Shown here: positions 24,317 to 29,103 of the stretch, in pieces
How positions within the stretch are numbered: the first letter of the stretch is position 1
Layout of the letters: every line of letters begins with the position of its first letter
Source of the DNA: Candidatus Iainarchaeum sp.
Lineage (GTDB): Archaea > Iainarchaeota > Iainarchaeia > Iainarchaeales > DTGL01
DNA length: 29,103 bases
Direction of reading: 5' to 3'
NCBI GenBank assembly: GCA_038736825.1
Contig: JAVYME010000011.1
Span: 1-29,103 of the forward strand
Program-made: the position numbers and the translations under genes
The notes under the pieces: generated by a model
The model's database searches: none
The model's input: only the letters and a program-made list of their open reading frames with translations
What the model was told of the DNA's origin: nothing

Positions 24317-25560
24317 TTTGCTTCCCTCATTTTTTTCAAAATGTTTCTTGCTTCGCCTTCGCTTATTTTTCCCATCCTTATCATTTGCTCTGCAGTTGTT
24401 TTTATTTCTTCTCCTTGGGCTCCTGCTTGGACTGCAATGTTTTCTGCGTGCAATTTCATGTGGCCTTTTTGTATTCCTTCTGAAACAATTGCTCTTAGTG
24501 CTGCAAAGTTTTGCGCCAAGCCGACTGCTGCAAAGCACTCGCATAATTCTTTTGCATTTTTTGCCCCCAATATTTTCAATCCAAGCCTTGCCATCGGGTT
24601 TGATTTGGTTGTGCCTCCTACAATGCCTGCTTGCACTGGCAATTCTATTTCTCCAACCAAATCCCCGTTTTTGTTTTTCCAGTACCGTGTGAGCGGCTTG
24701 TATTTTCCGCTTTTTGCAGCGAAAGCGTGGGCTCCTGCCTCTATTGCCCTGAAATCGTTGCCTGTTGCTATTGCGAGTGCTGTTATTCCGTTCATTATTC
24801 CCTTGTTGTGCGTGACTGCCCTGAAAATGTTTTTTTCTGCGAATTTTTGTGCTTTGATTATTCTTTCAATTGTTTCTTTTCCCAAGTCTTCTTTTTTCCA
24901 GACAGCGCTTGCTCTTGCAATTCGTTTCACTGCGTGGTTGGAGATTATTCTCATTAGGGCTTTTCCTTTTGTGATTTCTTCTATTTCTGGCGCGATTTTT
25001 TCGCACATTGTGTTTACTGCGTTTGCTCCCATTGCATCTAATACGTTTACAACCAGCCTTATTTCCAAGAATTCGCCTTGCTTTATTGTTTCCAGTGCGA
25101 TTGCTCCGCCGCCTTTTTCTTTGAGCACGCTGTCAACAGAGCTCGCTTTTTCCAATAACTGTTTTTTGTTTTTTTTGATTTCTTGCACTGCTTTTTTGTT
25201 TTTTATTCCAGTGAGCACTATTTGCCCTATCATGTGTTGTTCGCTTGCATTTGCTTGGAAGCCGCCTGCCTTTCTTGCAAGTTTTGCTGCCTTGCTTGCT
25301 GCTGCCACAACACTGGCTTCTTCTATTGCCATTGGAATAAAGAAATCTTTTCCGTTGATTTTGAAGTTTAGTGCAATGCTGAAGGGCAAAGCGAATTCGC
25401 CTAAAACGTTTTCGCTCATTCTGTTCAATGTTTCAAATTTGTCTTGCGGGATTGATTCCAGCAGTTTTTTTTCTTCTTCTGAAAGAGCGCATTCTCTTGC
25501 AATTGTTTCAATGCGTTCCTGCCATGGTTTTTCATAAAATTTTTCAATTTCAGAGTTCAT
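24313..25560 (-). CDS. hmgA: HMG-CoA reductase, class II-like
   Basis: 415 aa, soluble, with no membrane anchor. ENVLGEFALPFSIALNFKINGKDFFIPMAIEEASVVAAASKAAK and DAMGANAVNTM fit the class II (bacterial-type) signature rather than the class I ATTEGCLVAS. Confidence 0.88.
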   Translation of the reverse strand: MNSEIEKFYEKPWQERIETIARECALSEEEKKLLESIPQDKFETLNRMSENVLGEFALPFSIALNFKINGKDFFIPMAIEEASVVAAASKAAKLARKAGGFQANASEQHMIGQIVLTGIKNKKAVQEIKKNKKQLLEKASSVDSVLKEKGGGAIALETIKQGEFLEIRLVVNVLDAMGANAVNTMCEKIAPEIEEITKGKALMRIISNHAVKRIARASAVWKKEDLGKETIERIIKAQKFAEKNIFRAVTHNKGIMNGITALAIATGNDFRAIEAGAHAFAAKSGKYKPLTRYWKNKNGDLVGEIELPVQAGIVGGTTKSNPMARLGLKILGAKNAKELCECFAAVGLAQNFAALRAIVSEGIQKGHMKLHAENIAVQAGAQGEEIKTTAEQMIRMGKISEGEARNILKKMREAK

Positions 25561-25605
25561 TTTTCACACCAAATTTTGCACAAATATAACTCTTTTCACC
25601 CCACT

Positions 25606-25615
25606 CTATTTAAAA
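25606..25615 (-). promoter_or_regulatory. TATA box (TTTTAAATAG on the minus strand) for the mevalonate gene array
   Basis: It matches the archaeal TTTAWATA consensus and lies 46-55 nt upstream of the HMGR ATG. A GGTG Shine-Dalgarno sits between them. The 160-bp divergent intergenic region is shared with thyX. Confidence 0.35.
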
Positions 25616-25720
25616 CCTTCGTCTCAAGGTGAACCATATTACGACAATTGCCGCAGTATTTGTTTTTTTTTGTTGAACTCTTTTTAATCCTTTTTTACTC
25701 TCTCCATAGTGTGAGAAAAA

Positions 25721-27199
25721 ATGCCTTATTCAAAAGAAGATTCTGAAATCCTTTTGCGGCATGTCACCAACCTAGACAAAAACGTTTATGCCTTGAAAAA
25801 CCTTCCACCTGAAGTGGTTTCAGTTTTATTCGCTTATGTTTCCCGTTCGCCCGCTTCTTTTAGGGACAACCTTTTAAAACTCCTCAGGGAAGGAGAGCTT
25901 TTGCCAAAAGGCTCTTTTACCGAAGCAACCGATTATTTTGCCTCAGCACAACAAAAAGCCTCTGCCTTTCACGAAAAATGGGTGGTTGGCTTTGGCCACA
26001 ACAGTGTTGCAGAGCACGCTGTCTGCAATCTTGCTTTAGAGAATGTCAGCATTCTGGCTTCAAAAGCCATTGAAGATGTCCGCCTTGCGGCTTTTACAGA
26101 GAAAAGCACTCGCTATCAGTTGTTTGACAGAACAAAGTACTTGAAGCCTGAAAAAATAATGCGTTCAAAGCATGGCGTGGAATACGAGTGCATTATGAAC
26201 TCTCTTTTTGATTTTTATGTTGACAGCACCCCCAAAATGCTGGAATTCATGAAAAAAAAGCACCCAAAACCGGATTCAATGAATGAAAAATTTTATGAAT
26301 CCCTCACCAAATCTCGCGCTTGCGATGTGCTCCGCTATGCTTTGCCTGCAAGCACTCTCACCAACATTGGAATGACTGCAAATGCTCGCTCTCTAGAGCA
26401 CGCAATAATAAAGCTTTCTTCGCATCCCTTGGAGGAAATGCAAAGCCTTGGCGCTCAAATAAAGGAGGAATGTTCAAAAATACTGCCCTCTTTGCTTAAA
26501 GCCGCAAAGAAAAGCGATTACATTGCAAGCACTGAAGAGCGCATGCTGTCTTTCTCCAAAAAATATTCCTTGAAAGCCGAAAACCGCAAAGAAGTGGAAT
26601 TGGTTGTTTCAGACAAAAACCCTGAAGCAAAACTTGTGGCGTCAATAATTTACCGTTACTCCAGTCATTCTTTTGCACAATGCTTAAAGCAAGCTGAAAA
26701 AATGCCAGACAATGAAAAGGAAAAAATAATTGACGAGTTCACTAATGGAATAGGAAAAGAGCAGCCCTTGCGGGAATTCGAGCACCCCTATTTCACTTTT
26801 GACATTTTAGTGGACTTTGGCGCCTTTCGCGACATTCAAAGGCACAGAATGTGCACTCAAACAACCCAATTGCTTTCAACAGACCACGGTTATTCGATTC
26901 CACAGGAAATCATTGAATGCGGTTTGAAAAAGGAATTTGAAAAATGCATGTCTTCCGCCAAAGAATTGTTTGATTCAATGCGCCAAGAAATGCCATTTGA
27001 AGCCCAATACTGTGTCCCATTAGCCTTCAAAAAAAGGGTTTTGTTCACTTGGAATTTGCGCGAATTATGGCATTTCATAAAACTGCGCAGCAGCCGTGCA
27101 GGGCACGAATCCTACAGGAAAATCGCACAACAATGCTATGCTGAATTAAAGGAAAAACACCCGCTTTTGGCAAAATATTTGAGCGTTGATTTGTCCTGA
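25721..27199 (+). CDS. thyX: ThyX-like FAD-dependent thymidylate synthase, long two-domain form
   Basis: 492 aa. The C-terminal half has FRDIQRHRMCTQ (RHR at nt 26840-26848) and NLRELWHFIKLRSSRAGHESYRKIA. The N-terminal half has GHNSVAEHAV...VRLAAFTEKSTRY, which is ThyX-like but lacks RHR. Confidence 0.7.
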   Translation: MPYSKEDSEILLRHVTNLDKNVYALKNLPPEVVSVLFAYVSRSPASFRDNLLKLLREGELLPKGSFTEATDYFASAQQKASAFHEKWVVGFGHNSVAEHAVCNLALENVSILASKAIEDVRLAAFTEKSTRYQLFDRTKYLKPEKIMRSKHGVEYECIMNSLFDFYVDSTPKMLEFMKKKHPKPDSMNEKFYESLTKSRACDVLRYALPASTLTNIGMTANARSLEHAIIKLSSHPLEEMQSLGAQIKEECSKILPSLLKAAKKSDYIASTEERMLSFSKKYSLKAENRKEVELVVSDKNPEAKLVASIIYRYSSHSFAQCLKQAEKMPDNEKEKIIDEFTNGIGKEQPLREFEHPYFTFDILVDFGAFRDIQRHRMCTQTTQLLSTDHGYSIPQEIIECGLKKEFEKCMSSAKELFDSMRQEMPFEAQYCVPLAFKKRVLFTWNLRELWHFIKLRSSRAGHESYRKIAQQCYAELKEKHPLLAKYLSVDLS

Positions 27200-27332
27200 G
27201 TTTTTTGCCTTTCAATAAAGCCAACTGCACGCTATGATGACAGCGAGTGGTGTGCGGGAAACATTAAATATAAATACTCAAAAAGAGTAATATTTACTGA
27301 ATTTTTTTGTTGCTTTCGGGGTGTGGTGTCCT

Positions 27333-28118
27333 GTGGGAGAAATTATTTCAATTATTTCTGGAAAAGGCGGTGTTGGCAAGACAACAATTGCCTTGAATGT
27401 TTCTTCAGCCTTGAAAAAACTAGGTTATGATTCCATTGTGGTGGAGGGCAATGTGACCTCGCCCACTGCATCGCTTTACCTTGGCTATATGCCTGCACGC
27501 AAGACAATAAACAATGTTTTGAACGGAGAGTTTGCTTTAGATGAAGTCATCCTTGAACACGATTCTGGCGTGAAACTGGTTACTTGCTCGCTTGCCTTGC
27601 CAGAACTTGCAGCCAACTACAATAAAGCGTTTACCATGATAAGGCATGGCTTGAAGGACAAAGCAGACCTGGTTTTTATTGACGCTGGCGCTGGCTTGGG
27701 TGAAGAGGCAAGAAACGCAATACAAGTAAGCGATTTTGTTTTGGTTGTCACAAACCCAGAAATGCCTGCAATAATTGACGCCTTGCGAGCCGTGCGCCTT
27801 GCAAGAGCCATGAAGAGAAAGGTTTTAGGGGTGGTAGTCAACAAGGTTAATTCTTCCATGCAAAGGGTTTCAAGAAAAGAAATAGAAGACATTGTGGAAG
27901 CACCAGTTCTGGCAGAAATAAGGGAAGACAGGGCAGTCCATGAATCCTTTTCCTATAATTTTCCAGTAACCCACTTTAGGCCGAATTCAAGGGCAGGCAA
28001 TGAAATAGCGCACCTTGCAGCGCTCTTGGTTGGAGCAGAGCACACTTCCAAAGAAAACTCTTTCAAGGATAAACTGAATTTCTTTTTGCACAAGCTCGGA
28101 ATCCGCTCTCTCCCTTAA
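27333..28118 (+). CDS. minD: MinD/ParA-family P-loop ATPase
   Basis: It carries the deviant Walker A SGKGGVGKTT, a Walker B-like LVFIDAGAG, and VVTNPEMPAIIDALR. I prefer the GTG start at 27333 after GGGGTGTGGTG. The ORF-track start is the GTG at 27321. Confidence 0.82.
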   Translation: MGEIISIISGKGGVGKTTIALNVSSALKKLGYDSIVVEGNVTSPTASLYLGYMPARKTINNVLNGEFALDEVILEHDSGVKLVTCSLALPELAANYNKAFTMIRHGLKDKADLVFIDAGAGLGEEARNAIQVSDFVLVVTNPEMPAIIDALRAVRLARAMKRKVLGVVVNKVNSSMQRVSRKEIEDIVEAPVLAEIREDRAVHESFSYNFPVTHFRPNSRAGNEIAHLAALLVGAEHTSKENSFKDKLNFFLHKLGIRSLP

Positions 28119-28233
28119 AATCGCTTTCTGCCGTAATTTTTGCCTTTTTTTCACCAAGTGTTTTTAAACCCTTTACCACGACATTTTCCTTACGCTTTTT
28201 TGCATTTTTTTTCTCTTTTATGGAGAGATTTAC

Positions 28234-29103
28234 ATGGTTTCCAGGGAAAAGTATGTTTTCCTCTTTGAAGAGGGAAGAAAAGAAAACAAGGCATTGCTTG
28301 GCGGCAAGGGCGCCAACCTTGCAGAAATGGCCTTAATAGGGCTTCCAATACCGCCTGGTTTCACTATAAGCACTAGAGCTTGCAATTATTATCTTTCAGG
28401 AAAAAAAAAGTTTCCCCCCAGCCTTAAAAGGGAAATAGAGCAAGCATTATCTGCAGTGGAATCCAAGACAGGCAAAAGGTTTGGTGACAAAAAAAACCCG
28501 CTTCTTGTCTCTGTCAGAAGCGGTGCCCCGGTTTCCATGCCTGGAATGATGGACACAATTTTGAATTTGGGCTTGAACGATTGCACTCTTGAAGGCTTGA
28601 TAATCCAAAGCGGAAACAAGCGCTTTGCCTTGGATTCATACAGGCGCTTAATTCAAATGTTTGGCAATGTTGTTACAGGAATACCTGAAGAAAAATTTGA
28701 GGAAATCCTTTCAGAAGCAAAGAAAAAGCGCAATGCAAAAAGCGATGTTGACTTGCAGGAAGAAGACTTAGAAAAAATAATAGAAAAATTCAAAACACTT
28801 TACAGGGTTCACGCAAAAAAGCCTTTTCCGCAAGATCCAAAAAAACAGCTCTTTCTTGCAATCAGTGCAGTGTTTGATTCTTGGAACACAAAGCGAGCCA
28901 TTACTTATAGGAAAATCCACAAAATCCCTGACTCGATTGGAACAGCGGCAAACGTGCAAGCAATGGTTTTTGGCAATATGGGTAACGATTCTGGAACAGG
29001 GGTTGCTTTTACAAGAAATCCATCAACTGGAGAAAATAAATTCTATGGAGAGTATCTAGTAAACTCTCAGGGAGAAGATGTTGTTGCAGGAATAAGAACT
29101 CCA
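28234..29103 (+). CDS. ppdK: pyruvate, phosphate dikinase, N-terminal part (3' end cut by the window edge)
   Basis: Not in the ORF track because no stop lies within the window. From ATG 28234, 290 codons stay open to the window end. [14 protein letters not shown]...[55 protein letters not shown] and [19 protein letters not shown] are canonical PPDK ATP-grasp motifs. Confidence 0.9.
   Translation, partial: MVSREKYVFLFEEGRKENKALLGGKGANLAEMALIGLPIPPGFTISTRACNYYLSGKKKFPPSLKREIEQALSAVESKTGKRFGDKKNPLLVSVRSGAPVSMPGMMDTILNLGLNDCTLEGLIIQSGNKRFALDSYRRLIQMFGNVVTGIPEEKFEEILSEAKKKRNAKSDVDLQEEDLEKIIEKFKTLYRVHAKKPFPQDPKKQLFLAISAVFDSWNTKRAITYRKIHKIPDSIGTAANVQAMVFGNMGNDSGTGVAFTRNPSTGENKFYGEYLVNSQGEDVVAGIRTP

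Noticed and set aside
24317-24544. 76-residue Arg/Lys-rich N-terminal extension of the HMGS ORF (track start 24544)
   Set aside because: The extension is an out-of-frame reading of the 3' end of HMGR. The canonical HMGS N-terminus (MKEKKAGIIGYG) begins at 24316, with an ATGA overlap to the HMGR stop.
24167-25537. 456-aa plus-strand ORF, the second-longest plus-strand ORF in the window
   Set aside because: It lies fully antisense to the well-supported HMGR and HMGS genes. Its translation is Phe/Ser/Ala/Cys-rich and low-complexity, as expected for the complement of an A-rich coding strand. It has no recognisable motif.
27235-27300. Possible C/D-box sRNA: ATGATGA at 27235 and CTGA at 27297 in the thyX-minD spacer
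   Set aside because: There are no internal D' or C' boxes at the expected spacing, and no terminal stem flanks the boxes. Both motifs are short enough to occur by chance.

Overview
AT-rich archaeal chromosomal segment. The archaeal assignment rests on TFE-alpha, aTrm56, archaeal DtdA, a XerA-type recombinase and an initiator tRNA with an A1:U72 pair. Genes are short and tightly packed, and many use GTG or TTG starts behind strong GGTGA/GGAGG ribosome-binding sites. The left third (1-9189) holds housekeeping genes: a RelA/SpoT-like C-terminus, a KaiC-like ATPase, tRNA-Phe, tRNA-Lys, serS, trm56, tfe, tRNAi-Met, a few orphan ORFs, a PRC-barrel protein, xerA and an M16 peptidase. Next comes a roughly 740-bp repeat-dense stretch with no convincing ORF (9190-9928). 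It is followed by two small divergent genes, a 573-aa membrane-anchored protein with Cys-rich repeats, and dtdA. The dominant feature is a 12-kb run of 14 co-directional, translationally coupled minus-strand genes (13557-25560). They encode the whole archaeal-type mevalonate pathway via trans-anhydromevalonate 5-phosphate: HMG-CoA reductase (class II-like), HMG-CoA synthase, thiolase, DUF35 scaffold, mevalonate kinase, UbiX, UbiD-type decarboxylase, AcnX large and small subunits, isopentenyl phosphate kinase and type-2 IDI. Three uncharacterised ORFs are embedded in this run: a PRTase-like protein, a 146-aa orphan and a HAD-like hydrolase. The right end carries a long two-domain ThyX, a MinD/ParA ATPase and the 5' part of pyruvate phosphate dikinase. 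I found no rRNA, CRISPR array, transposase or recognisable defence genes. All homology calls come from motif recognition by eye, not from database searches.
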